NCBI GenBank assembly: GCA_047495785.1
Contig: JBLDXI010000003.1
Location: 4,092,001-4,156,000 of the forward strand
DNA: 64,000 bases
Source of the DNA: Lepidodermella squamata
Lineage: Eukaryota; Animalia; Gastrotricha
Reading direction: 5' to 3'
How positions within the stretch are numbered: position 1 is the stretch's first letter; each line of letters opens with the position of its first letter. Positions 20,201 through 32,642 of the stretch are shown here, in pieces. The position numbers were made by a program, and so were the translations under genes. The notes below the pieces were generated by a model that was not told the origin of the DNA, ran no database searches, and saw nothing but the letters and a program-made list of their open reading frames with translations.

Positions 20201-22216
20201 TCTAAACCAATATTTAGGTTGATTTATTTTAGTTAAATTACCACATGCAGACATCGTTGCTCGAGTAAGGATGCGGAAAACCGGGTGAGGATATGAACCC
20301 AGATGGCGCGCTCAATGTCCTGGATTCCCCATTACAACGCATACTCGGCATAGGATCGTAGAGTTCTCCATTTCGCAACGAATACCTCGCAAGGTTCGCT
20401 TTAAAAAAATCGTAATTTTTTATTAAATTTCCTATTAGAAAAAGATAACTCACTTGTATCTTCACAGCCGAAAAGGTCAATAGTGAAGGACATCCATTGG
20501 TGAGCAGCGAGTGGTTGGATGCGAATCGCTCTAGCCGCGGCAATCGGCGGTTCAATGTTAACATGGACAAGTGTTGTCGCGTCATTGTTGGCCAGGAAAG
20601 TTTTCCTAAAACCGTCGGAGTCGTGGTAATCGAACCATTTCATGGTATCAGCGCCTCCAGATTGGTAACTCAACGCAAATCGCGTTATCCATTCGCCAGT
20701 AGTTGGATTTCCTCGGATCGCAATCTTATTAATCCTATACAGTTTTCCTGCTTTGAAGCTAATCTATAGTAGGGGAAATTTAATTGCAATTAATTTTGAT
20801 TTTTTCTCGAATTTTACCTCCAGGAAGGCACCGGGTTCCGTTGGAGATTTGCTTGACCAGCAGCAAGCTGGTAACTTGGCTAAAGATGGCACCTGCTCGG
20901 CGAAATAGCTACTTGCCGTGAAAATGGTCTGATCGATTGGTTGAATGAGACTTTTCGAGCATCCAATAATTCCTAAAAGAAAAAATAAGCAAAAACTCCA
21001 TATTCGAACAATAGGATGAAAGCTGAAAGACAAACTTGATGCTTCCCAGCACATTTTGAAGCCGGACAATTGGCGAACTCCTGATGAGACGAATTTAACG
21101 TAGACCACATTCGAAAGTGTATCTATGCCGGCTGGGATGTAGGAGCCACAAAGCGCGGCTAAAAGCGGTGTATTTTCGCTATCTCCGTTGTAAAGCATCA
21201 AGCGATCTGGCTCGTAAAGGCACGGCACTTGCGTCGACGACAAAGCGAAAGTCTCAAAGCGTAGCCTAAAAATTAATTCAAATAAAATGACAGATCGCAC
21301 TAAGAAATTTCCGCACAAACTTGAGAAATGTTCCAGGGTCTGATGCAATTTGCCAGTAGCAGGTATCGCGAGGTGCATAACTGCCGAACCCGTAATTCGG
21401 CGAGTTGATGCACCCTGAAAGTGATGACAGCGTTTGTAACTGATCGCTGCACTTCTGCAGCGGCATCGGGGTTTGTTTAGAGCCCGACGCTTTATTGTCA
21501 TCCAACGCCGTCGAGTTGCCCGTTCGGTAAAAACTCGCGTCCAGAAAATCGAAGCGAATTGAAAAACCGCGGCCATTCGCTACGCTATCAGACTGGAAGG
21601 CTAGAAACACTTGATTGTACGTCGATACGTAAGTTGGCGGTAACCGCGAGCCGCAATAAGTCAGCGGCGGCTGGCGGTTTCGAATCGGTAAAAGCGGTAA
21701 TGGCGTAGTTGCCGGCACTCGGGCGCCGTAACTGTTGTCGTAAATTGTTAAATTATCTTCCCAACAACCCGACGTCATCGACGGCAGGTCAAAGTCAAGA
21801 AAGTCCAATCTAAAAAAATCGAGGTCAAATAATAGGATGACAATAAAATTAGGTCATCGAAAATATTACCGAATAACATAGTTTGGCGGGGCTGCGTAAA
21901 ATTAACATAAATAAATTATTGTTATTTTAAGGTAGAATTAACGAAAAATCACCTTCGATGGACCAGTAACACCGGTCGCTGGCAAAGTATCTTGATGACA
22001 CGCCGTAGTTGGGTGACCGTAGGGTGCTCGGTGCGAATTTGATGTAATAAGTATCTCCCGCACATTTATCTATACGTTAAATGTCAGATTAAAAAGCGTT
22101 CAAGTATAATCAAGATTAAAAATTGTACCTGCTTCGAGTGCGGAGACCGCCGCCATCAGGCCAAGCGAAGCGGTTATGAAGGCGGCAATCAAGGTTTTCG
22201 CTGCCCAGAAAACCAT
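17207..22216 (-). CDS. Multi-exon secreted mosaic protein: ~7 CUB domains, one F5/8 type C (discoidin) domain, small EGF-like module, Thr/Pro mucin-like stalk
   Basis: Signal peptide exon (MVFWAAKTLIAAFITASLGLMAAVSALE, ATG 22216). Repeated CUB motifs (C..G.I.SP.Y...Y....C.W.I, D.L.IYDG, LCG, GF...Y). The discoidin segment CSKSL...IEPPIAAARAIRIQP...DLFGC lies at ~20455-20970. Micro-exons at 21870-21891 and ~20131-20163 splice in frame. Stop at 17207 with no TM segment. Confidence 0.85.
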
Positions 22217-24363
22217 AGCTGCTTAACAATTTTGCCGGGTGTTGGCCGGGTGGCGTTGGCGTTTTTTGAGTTGGAGCAAAATGATGCAGTCTTTCTTTAG
22301 TTACCGTAATGTATATAATGTGGAAAGTTTTAAAACAATGAAAAATTGTTAATTTGGCATACTTCAAGAAAAATCACGCGTGTAAAAGAGTAAAATACAA
22401 TTCTTGCTGTTATTATTATTGTGACACCACAGCGCGCGGTGTTAGCAATATAAGAGTAGCAGAGCTAGACAAGGAAAAGATGGTCGCGCTAATTATCGCT
22501 GTATAAAAAGACTGTAGCTCGCAAAAATGATGCTACAGGCACAACTGCATGAGACACACTATACAATATATCTGAGAGCTCCAAAGCAGGGTATGAACAA
22601 AAATTCAGCAGCGAAACGGAACATGAGCAAAAACTACTCGACGTTTTATTGTTGTAACGTTTATTCATTAAGCGAATCGAGCGCTGTGCGCGTCCACCGC
22701 GATGACAGCTTCAAACGCTATGCGGCCAATATTTTACGCCGAGAAAAACGAAAGAGATTTAAGCGTGGCTTGTTAATCAGGTGCTGGCAGCGAAATGCGC
22801 TGAAATTTCTCCGTCGACCACTATCTCATTTGGCTAAAAACAGAGTACTGGTAAACAACGATTAAAACCTTTGACAGGCCACGTTTTGCGTGTTGTTTGT
22901 TTTTATGGCTGGGAAGAAACGATTTGAAAAGATGTAACGCATAACAAAGCTGCATTTAACTTATTAAGCCGCGTCGATGGACTTAACATCTAACCCGAGA
23001 GAGATATAGACCGGAACCTAACCGCATTAAAATTCGTGCTGTTTTGCGACGGCTGGTCGGTCGGTACAAACCGGGAAAAACGGTGATTCCAGTAGCGGGA
23101 TGTTGACATTAGGATATATTATGTTTATGGCGATAAAAAACTTGTTTTGCTAGCAAAACCGTCGTTCGTTGCGGCTGCTGCTGCCCAGGCGTCAAGTCGT
23201 TGAGCAGTTTACAAATTACAATACCTTCTTCTTGCCTGAGTTTGACAGCCGGGCGCCAGGGGCCAGGCAATTTTAAATTAAATATTATATGTTAAATTAT
23301 TGTTATTTGTTTTTTATTGTATAATCGCTCATTTCAAAAATTATTTTAATCTCCGCGATATTTGCCTACGCATATGCATATCGCGAGCAACCGAGAGTGG
23401 CTCGTTTTAATGGCGCCGTACGCGGCGCCGTTTTTTGAAAACACGCGCGCTCAACCGTATGTGTCATCCTTCACCGCTGCGGCTCTATTTTTGTAAAAAG
23501 TGATTCGTCAATTACGACCGCCGGCGCCGGTGCGACAACCTGATGCCGGCTGCCACTAAATACTCAAATATTATTAACAAAAAAATTGCAACAAAGCGCA
23601 CACTTTTTGTTTAATCACTATGCGCGCTTCCAGGCCACAAAGATACCCATCTCACACCTTTGTTCAATGAGCCGAAGTCAAAACCTACTTTCTTGTTCGC
23701 ACAACGACGGAACCCGGTAATAAACCTGTTTACCAAGACCTCCACCGAAAATTCCGGCACAAGAAAAAAAAACGCTTTGATATCGCCGTAAAACGCTTTT
23801 ATTGCGCAATTAATTAATTGTGACCTGCGTTATATAATAATATTATTATAGCGGAAATAACGATAATATTATTAATAACAGCAAAAAGTAAGTATTGTTG
23901 TTGTTACAAGAAGAAAAGAGTAGTTATGACATAAACTCGTCTCATTCATAGTATTATTTACAAAAAAAATCATCTCGATGCGAATCGCGTGCAAACAAAT
24001 ATTTTTTGATCCATCCGTATGTTAAAAAGGCGAACAAGAGTTGTTATCATTTCAATTCAAGTTTCTTTTGCGAACATCAATCGCCTGTGTATTGTGGCTC
24101 AATCACTCACGCGAAATAATCATAACAAAACGTGAAGAATACATTTTTCAGCCTTTATTCATTAATTTTTTATTGATAATTGACGTAATACAATCGAGAA
24201 TCGGGAAGTTTTTCGACAGCGCTAAAAGGCAAGAATGATTATATACTTTGTTTTTTTTTACAATCAAATCACCTATAGGAAGGCTGAGGTTTGCTTTATA
24301 GTTTTATTATCGATATAAATGACAAACAACAAACAGAGATGATATTTCACAACAACGTGTAGC

Positions 24364-24401
24364 CGCGGCCCGGCGCGGAAAAAGTCGCGCGACGGGCCGC
24401 G
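24364..24401. other. GC-rich stem-loop downstream of the RFX stop codon
   Basis: GCGGCCCG (24365-72) pairs with CGGGCCGC (24393-400), and GCGCG (24373-77) pairs with CGCGC (24386-90), with an 8-nt loop, in AT-rich flanks. Confidence 0.5.
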
Positions 24402-24960
24402 CTCAAAGGCACCCGAACCAATCACATTGGCTTCTCGTGTTTACTTAGATGTGTGTAATCTTGACTTTTCAATCATAGATATACCGCAAGGTTCAAGGTA
24501 GACGGTTTTAAAATTGCAATTTCGACGGCTACTTTTTAGATTAAAACAAGTGTCGATATTGTAAGCAAATAAAAGCACGAACACCGGCCACTCTTGCTTG
24601 CGATCATCATTATTATTAAGGTGGATAATACGTAGCGATTATACAACAGAAATTGCAAAAATCAGCCATGTTCAACGCTTTGATTTTTTCCCGAAATTCA
24701 AGCAGCGAAATTGGTTTTGATGTCATCATCCAATACAAAAACACCTTACACGACGACGTTGCTAAGGATGTTGCTGATAGGCGTATAGTATTAACAGAAG
24801 TAGTAGTGTTCTATATATAGCGGTCAGAATAGTAAACAGTAATGCAAACTAGTATCACCCGATATTGATCAACGTTTTCCATCAGCATTTTTATGGCTTT
24901 TACTTATTCATGGGGCGCTATTTTCATTGTTGTCGAGAGACTCTCGTGTGTGTGCGCGTT

Positions 24961-27900
24961 TTACAGAGTCGACGAAGCTGTAGCAACAGGTGCCGGAGAA
25001 ACGTCGTCCTTCAGCCGCTTAATCGGCGGCTGCTGGCTGTCGGGCGCGTTCGCCTCGCCGGAAATATTGTTATTGTTTGCGGCTGCGGCGTTCGCTGCCG
25101 ATGCGCTGTTGCTGCCGGCGCTATTCACCGGCACGACGTAGATTTTGGCCGCCCCCGAGCCGCCGGCCACTACTGCAGCGGCTGCGGCTGACGACGACGA
25201 TGACGAGGAGACGGGCGCAAAAGAACGCGACGGAATGCTGCCCGGCCCACCGACCTGCAATAAACACAACAATAAATTATAGAACCGCGTGCGCACGTGA
25301 ATTATTGATGATGAGTCAACGCACCTTAATCGACGGCGACGATGAGGCTGTCAGCGTGATTATCGACGGCTTACTCGCTGCGCCCACTGTCGGCCGCGCC
25401 GATATCGCCGTGTTGAACGCGCTGGGGTTGCCAGACGCCGAGGCCGGTGTGATGATCAGATTCGAAGATTTCGGGGCAGGCACTTGAAAATTCGAAACCG
25501 GCGCCGATGATTGCGTTACGACCTGATGCGCCGCACCAGCTGCTTGGATCGACGCAACGACCTGCGAACAAAATTGAAAAAAATATTAATACAAAATAAA
25601 ATATCCCCCTTAACAATTTTTTCAAAAGTGAAATTTTAAATGTGATCTTTAGCAAGTGGCGAAATTTGTAGCGTTTTCAGATGACAATAACAACAATAAC
25701 AACAAGAAGCTGATAGCTGGGGTTTGCTTGGAAACTGGGCTGGCAAGTTTTCAAGCAAAAAAATCCGAGCTGATAACATTTAAATTTGATTGCATCACTT
25801 AATTATCCGCCTCTCTTTAAATGTCATGATTATTGCTACAGCAAGCTCTGATCTTTCGACGAAATATTGAGTTTTTCCGTCATTTAAGGAGGACGGGGGA
25901 GCATCCCGGGGATTCAAAAATTAAAATCTACACAAAAAACTGGTTCAGGGCTTAATGGAAGCTCTTTCCCAAATCAAAGCACTTTTTGAGATTTCATTGA
26001 AAAATCGAAATTTTTTGCGAAGCTATCACTATCGGTCACATGCATGATTATCGAAATTCGATTTTTTCATCCAATTTCTCGGCACAAACGCTTTAAATTT
26101 TGCTTTCAATTACCTGAGGGTATAAACGCGGCCCGCGGAGGTCGGCCCGGGCTTGCATTATGTCGAGGCTGTACAAGGGTTCAGCGAGGGGTACATCGGT
26201 GCTGCCTCGTGACGCATCGAGCACAGCGATGGGTACTTCTCGAACAGCATGCGCGACTCGATGCTCAAGCACGAAGTAGATGTACTCATCGAACAGCAAC
26301 CGGATCAAGTGAAAAGAGCCGAAACTGTGCGCCGAACGCAGCGTCAGATCGCGAATGACCATCGAGTTGTAAAACGACCATTTCAGGAGGAAAGAGCGAG
26401 ACGCCTCGGCGAGGGCCTGCGCCTGCTTCTCGCCGCTAGAGTACGACGCCTGCATCGCCGGCTGCAAGGCCATGTCGACGACGCTCTCCAACCACGCCGC
26501 CCAGTTGTCGAGCGAATTTTCAATCGATAACAGCCGCTTCAGATCAGATTCGATCTGCTTCACGACTTTCGTCTCGCAGGACGTCACCCACGCGGCTTGC
26601 TCTTGAACATTAGCGAAGTCGACTCGGTTCAAATCAGCGACCATTTGCTGCAAATGCTCAGGCGCTTGCAACACAGCTCGAGCTGCCTGCGCTAAATGGT
26701 TGAGGGAAGTGTAGCGACGCAGCGTTTGGGCAAACGCAACAGCTGGGCCGAGTTTAGACCGAACCGCCTCTTCCGGCATGCCGGACATGGCATTTTTCAG
26801 CCACGACTCCATACCCTTGGCGAAGTTTCGGATCTGCTGCGTTAGCTGACTCGGAATAGCGCGCAGCATGTCGGGCAGTAGCGTGTAGACCAGCGACTGG
26901 TACAGGGCTGAATCGACCCGGCGCATGTAGATTTGCACGAAAGGAAGCGCGCTGATGTGAGCCAGCTTAATACGCGGCAGTCTCGCATCGCCCTCGCCCG
27001 AGTCATTCGGCCGGTTGACGCGTCGCGGGCCTTCTTCATCCTCCTCATCGGTGACTTCCTCGTCGATTTCTTCATCGAGATCCTCCTCAAATTCAGCGCC
27101 GTTCCGACCTCGAATATTCGAGCCACGTCCGCGCTGTTGGTTAGAAGAGGCCTCACCGCCACGCCAGAACGACGCCCATACTTGCTCGATTAGGGTGAAT
27201 TGCAGATTAACGACGAGATCGACCACGTTTTCGCAGTGCTCGCGGTAGAGCTGTTCGAAAATGCGGATATCTTGCTCGGAGACGTCGTTACTCAGCGATC
27301 CGGCGGGTATTTCGATCGATTCGAAACGAGGTAGCGCCAGGGTAACATCACCCAGGTATTGCTGTTGGGGCGAGACATTCGACGCAGCCATGCCGTTATT
27401 GCCACCACTAGCGTCAACGTTACTCGAGGCGCCGGCTGCCGCAGGTTGATGACCGACTGACGGCGGCATGGGCGCAGGGGTTCCAATGACTGTAATCGTA
27501 GTCGTTGGCTGTTGATTCTGCCCACCGTCGAACCGGCCGCCAGAAACGCCGGACCGATTTCCGAATTTCTTCTGCTGCGGCGGGGATGAGTACTGCCGAC
27601 CCGCGGCCGCCATTATCATGTCCTCCGTGACATTGACCAGCGGGGAGGTTGCTTTTATTCTAATACCATAGTAATGATACTTTGAATTGCCTCGCGTTCC
27701 TAAACGGCGAGTTCGAAGTCCGAGAAACACCGATCGGATGAGCTTGCCGAAAGAAGCCGGGTTCATGGGTTCGAGTTTTTCCTCCTCGCAATGACGCATG
27801 TAATGCGCGTAGATTGTCGAGCGGGGTAACGAGACGCCGTCGGATGTTTCGTAGTTGTCGACCAGCCATTGCACGGTGGCGGGTGACGCCCGCGTTGTGT

Positions 27901-28952
27901 GGGCTAGCGTATGCGAATCGCCGTCTACGCTGGTTGTCGTCTGCAGGATGTAAGCACCCGATGAATAAAGCACTTGGCCAGGAGCCGCGTTCGACTGCTG
28001 GTTGTTACCCCCACCGCCTCCGCCGCCGCTCGACTGGTGGTGCTGGTAGTAGGCGGGAGCGGCCTGGGCGTACAGGGTGTGCGGGCCGCCGTAGTCAAAC
28101 GCGGCCGCCGCGTGTTGATACTGGTTCGAGACTTGTTGCGATTGTTGTTGGTTATTTTGCTGCTGGTGGTCAGAACCAGCGCTGTGAAGCTGATACACGG
28201 ACATTTGTTGAGGACCAGGGGTTGATTGACCTCCTGAGCCAGCACCTGCGCCTGCTCCGGTGGCTATTACAGCATAACTTGTAGTACCACTGCCAGCTGC
28301 TTTGCTTTGCATAGCCGGCGACGGGCTCGGGTGGGAAGAGGAAGTTGCTGACGATGCAGCTATGGGGAAGGTCGACGGGACCGCGCGGCGGAAAATTACG
28401 GGTTTCACGGTTGCGGTTGTAACTTGTTGAGTTTGAGCCGACGCCGTGGTGTTTTCTTTGACCAATGACGAAGTCGTCAATGACTTAGTCTGTATTGGAA
28501 AACAATAAATCAATAATAATCGACTGGTATAAACTGAGACGGAAATAAACACGTGTAAGGGGCTTTGTGAAGCAATTCTGTGCATTTTAATTAGAACGCA
28601 AAAGGAGGACTAAAATTATAAATAGTTTAATTTCGCAAAAAATGATAGGTATTAATAATTCATTGATAATTGAACTCAGTGAGCGCAGTGAACAGCTACT
28701 AAAAACTCATGTCACGCTTGTATTCCAACTTACCAAATGCAACAATCGACTATAATACAAAATATCATTGACTTAACACTTGCAGAATATTGGCAGATAG
28801 TGAATACTTATTTTTATGAATTTTTACACGCACGCAGTACGCGACTTGTAGATGCAACTTACAGATGATTGCTGAGTCAAAATGTGGGCCATCAAACCGC
28901 CAGCAAATATCTCCTTATTTCCGAATGAAGACGTAGTTTTGGCTTCGGACAT
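24961..28952 (-). CDS. RFX: RFX-family transcription factor (RFX1/2/3, daf-19 type)
   Basis: Winged-helix RFX DBD HTTRASPATVQWLVDNYE...NPASFGKLIRSVFLGLRTRRLGTRGNSKYHYYGIRIK. B/C/dimerization motifs LYREHC, LRRYTSLNHLAQAARAVL and FLLKWSFY...RDLTLRSAHSFGSFHLIRLLFDEY. Exons 28952-28863, 28489-26114, 25561-25325, 25254-24961. Confidence 0.95.
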
Positions 28953-29940
28953 CTGAAATATAAAAAAAGCAATAACCAATTAGAGCGACCATTCGACGTA
29001 TTATTTTATTTTTTTCAACCTAACGCTAAATTGTACAAAAAAGCTTTTGCTTTTCGTCACAGTAAATTACTCGAATTCAAGTCCACTACTATGCGTGCAC
29101 TTCCGCACAGCTTCGAAATTTCATCTTCCAAAACTTCATCTCAGCCCATTTTGCGTAATACAATCAGATTCTAAAATTTAATTATCAACGCCTGACCCCT
29201 AGATGTTTTCAATGCGCTTTATCAATCAGTCAGAATCAGGAAACTATGCAGCAAGCAGTGCGATCTACGACGCCAAGAACTATTGACTGTAGACAATCGC
29301 AGTTATATGTTTACTCATTTTTGTACTCTGCTGCGTCATCTTTGCACTTAAGGCCAAATTACTGATGGTAAGTCCGATCAATCCTGTTACATCGGCAAAA
29401 TTTGTGGCCGGCTATGACATATATCCATCGATCCATAAATGGGTAAAAGCCCCATTTTCTAGCTGATCTATCATAGGCTGCTTTTTCATCCATTCTCTCT
29501 ACTACCTAAAACAATCCGAATAGTAAATCGTGTTCAAATATTGAAGAAATATGATGTAAAAATTGTGTGAATTTCAACAGATAATTCACAATGAAAGCTG
29601 AAACAAAGCACTATAATACATAATGCGCTATTCTCGATTCATCACTTATCATTGCTCGATAATGATTTTCATCATTGAAATGAGCCGATAGATTTACCTA
29701 CGATGATTGTCTGGCGCAATTACTAAGTGGTAACCGTAGAGTCGTGATATTTTCGAATCCATTCGGTGAAATATAATGAATCGACCATTATGCATGCATG
29801 ATAATCGAGTGTGTACACGGCAATTTGTTTGCAGTAATTCATTAGTGTAATGCTTTCCCAAATATCAAGCGGTTAAGTAAGAGCTAAAGAGTCCGCATAA
29901 CTATCCACAAGTTAGTTACGAGCACTGAAACCTAGCAGAG

Positions 29941-30348
29941 GTATCCTAGAAATATGTGGCGACGTACCTTTTGTAGTTCAGGGATACACGGTCTTCACCA
30001 GGCAGCGACAATATTACCTGGCTACAGCTCGGTCAGTTCGTTCCAAATTCTAAGCAACACGATGTTCACCTTGGAGCTAAAGCGGAGAAAAGCGTCAGTA
30101 AAACGCACAACAGACTAACGTTGCCTGGCATCCAACGCAAAGTTGCCTGGCGATGGCGACAGAAACAAAGAAAAGCGGGGTCATCCAAGGACGTTTTCAA
30201 TAATTTTTGAAAATATTTGGGAAACAATCATTTATGATTAAATTGATTTGCGGTATTTTGGAATTATGATTTTCAAAGGACGTCGCGTGGTCATCAAGTA
30301 GAGGGTGAGGAAAAGTGGGGAAATGCGGTGTCAAGTTCCCTTGGAGAC
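29941..30348. promoter_or_regulatory. Cluster of X-box-like (RFX-binding) motifs upstream of the RFX gene
   Basis: GTTCCCTTGGAGAC (30335-30348) fits RTHNYYWTRRNRAC exactly. Near-matches with a 1-nt spacer: GTATCCTAGAAAT (29941), ATTACCTGGCTAC (30013), GTTGCCTGGCATC (30120), GTTGCCTGGCGAT (30142). Confidence 0.55.
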
Positions 30349-30763
30349 GCGTCCATTTCGAAAACCCATGGTTGTTCAGCGCTGTTAGAAGTCTGCAGTA
30401 CTTGGCTTGAATCGCTCTCCGATGTTTTTAATTAAAAACAGAAATTTCCTCCGTAACCGCTTACAGCACTCGATATTCAACATTGCCCATCTATGTCTTC
30501 ATTTCTTATTTCTTTTTACATGGTGTCTACAGTGCCTATCCAACCTTCCACTCAGCCGCAATTAGCAAACACAATTACTTGCTACTTCAGAGGTAGATAA
30601 ATTAATTCGGATCTCTGCTGAAGAATTGAGGATTGATTAATACCCTGTTTCATCATCTTCTCAGGCCAAAATGTCTCCCGCTGAAACTGGATAACGCTTC
30701 AGTGGACGCATAATATGTTGAATAATGAACTTACTATACCTTTTCATTCTGCGAGCATAAAAG

Positions 30764-31700
30764 CTAGGCTTTTACTTCAACGCCTTTAATACAAAATTGG
30801 ATTATGATGATTAATATATTCAATAATTGGACCTGACCGGGAAAAACGGAAAATGGCTGGGACGCATATTTCGTATTGGTACTGTGTATGTGATAATGAA
30901 AGCTTTTTGTATCGCGAAGATTTTGGTGAAATCGCGAAAATTTTATGCAAATCAAGAATCTTCTTCATAAGACAAATATTCAAGTCCCTCACGAGACTGA
31001 TGAAACCATGTAGAGCAGCCGTCGCAAATGACCATGGTTTTTTATCTTGTTTTCCCAACACCGCGGCCAAACGATCTATTCCTCATGTAAAGAATGTTCA
31101 ATTGCAACTTCAGGCCAACTTTATAGGCTGTAATTTCATTTTAGTGGGTAGTGGGTAGCTAGCAGGTAGTTAAGTTGTAATACGCGAAATAAGGCTGGAA
31201 AGCTTGGTTTTGATTTTCGAAAGGTCATTTTTGCTCTTTGCGAAAATTTTCACGTATACAATTCACCACTACGCGAAAATTAGTGTTACCTGAAGAACGT
31301 CTTTGTCGGTAGTTCTGCAACAATTTTTCTTTTTCAAGAAATAATGTTTCGATTTCTTTGTAGGTATATAGCAGCAGCGTTGAATGCTTCTTCTTTCTCA
31401 AAAGGTGGGAAACTCCACCTGATTGACCATAGAGGTCTCCTGATGAGGGAAATAGCACCGTGCTCTAGAAATAATAACAAATCGGAAACGAAAATGCTAT
31501 AAGATTTGTTTTCAAAATATGCATCGACAGAACGTGCGAAGTTGCCAACGCATTTTCTTCCCTTGAATAGTACTATTTGTTTTATGGTTATTCCCCGAAT
31601 TGCAGCCAATCAGCAACTTTCACCAATCAATGCCTTGGGTCTTGGTTTTATCTTCTCATGCCACATGTAGGAATAAACTTTAAAAACCAATATCGCTGCA
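30764..31700 (-). mobile_element. Highly degenerate pogo/Tigger-like (DDE_1) transposase relic
   Basis: Fragmented minus-strand frames contain GITIKQIVLFKGRK (cf. G.KL.P.IIFKG), KKILDLH (cf. LILD.H) and HSTNTKYASQPF (cf. PPNTT..LQP.D) in the expected order, with many stops and frameshifts. Confidence 0.35.
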
Positions 31701-32642
31701 ACCATGATGACTCTTCTTTGTTCTTATTGATTCCACCTTAATCTACAAAGCGGCATGAAAATCAGTTCAAATTTTAGCCGCTCCCGTCTTTACTCATCCC
31801 TTCTATTGTGTTCCGTATTAGTGATGTTTAACTAATTTTCTAGATATTCACTGATTGATATCTAGCATTTTATGTCTAACTAATTGGAGTCGCATTACTC
31901 TGCAGCCTGATGCCTAGATGTAACTCCAATCGTCCAACGATTTCTGCTCATTGTCGAGCTCTCTGGCACATGCAAATCCGAAGTTGAGATGTTACTGCAC
32001 AGTGGCATCTAGGTGAATATTTGCTAGCTCTCAGGGCTGATTCAACCGTCAACTAGGCGGAACCGATCTCATACGAGAAAGTGAAGCTGAAAGGACTTGG
32101 CGCTGAAAAGATACACCGCAGCGATGACCGTGGAAAGCTACATTCGGGCTTCCCTCTCTAATACAAATCCCACAAAACTGACTGACATGACAAATATAAT
32201 GAAAAAAAATTGACAAGTAAAATAAAGACTCCACTTTCCATCATTCCATTATTTATTCATTTCGAAGAATACCGACAAAGTGTCGTTAGCTGAATGCAGC
32301 TTCTATCAATTGTTAATTTTGAAGCCAGATATGATACAAAAAACCAATCCACATCGAGTTGAATTGGCCGATTTCATCAAACGACAGAAATGTGAAAAAA
32401 GCGAACAAAAAGACTCAACAAGGCGTTATCAATTAATCACGTATCCTCTGCGAATAAGAAAGGTAGATTTCAATGGTACAGAAAGAGTAGAAAAGGTCAT
32501 GGAGTACAAAAATTTTGAATGAGGCGGGTAAAAGAAATATCATGTGCACGGCATTAGAGTGCTCACAACGTTAAAAAGAGTAGAAATTTAACCAGTGCCT
32601 GAGTGAGTTACATCTTAGTAAGAAAATCAAAACAAATAACAA

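Noticed and set aside
17207-22216. Cubilin, tolloid/BMP1 or neuropilin ortholog
   Set aside because: No N-terminal EGF cluster or very long CUB array, no astacin domain, and no MAM/TM segment.
28490-28585. N-terminus of the 830-aa RFX ORF (MHRIASQ...)
   Set aside because: It lies upstream of a clear acceptor at 28490; an upstream 90-nt exon (28863-28952) splices in frame instead.
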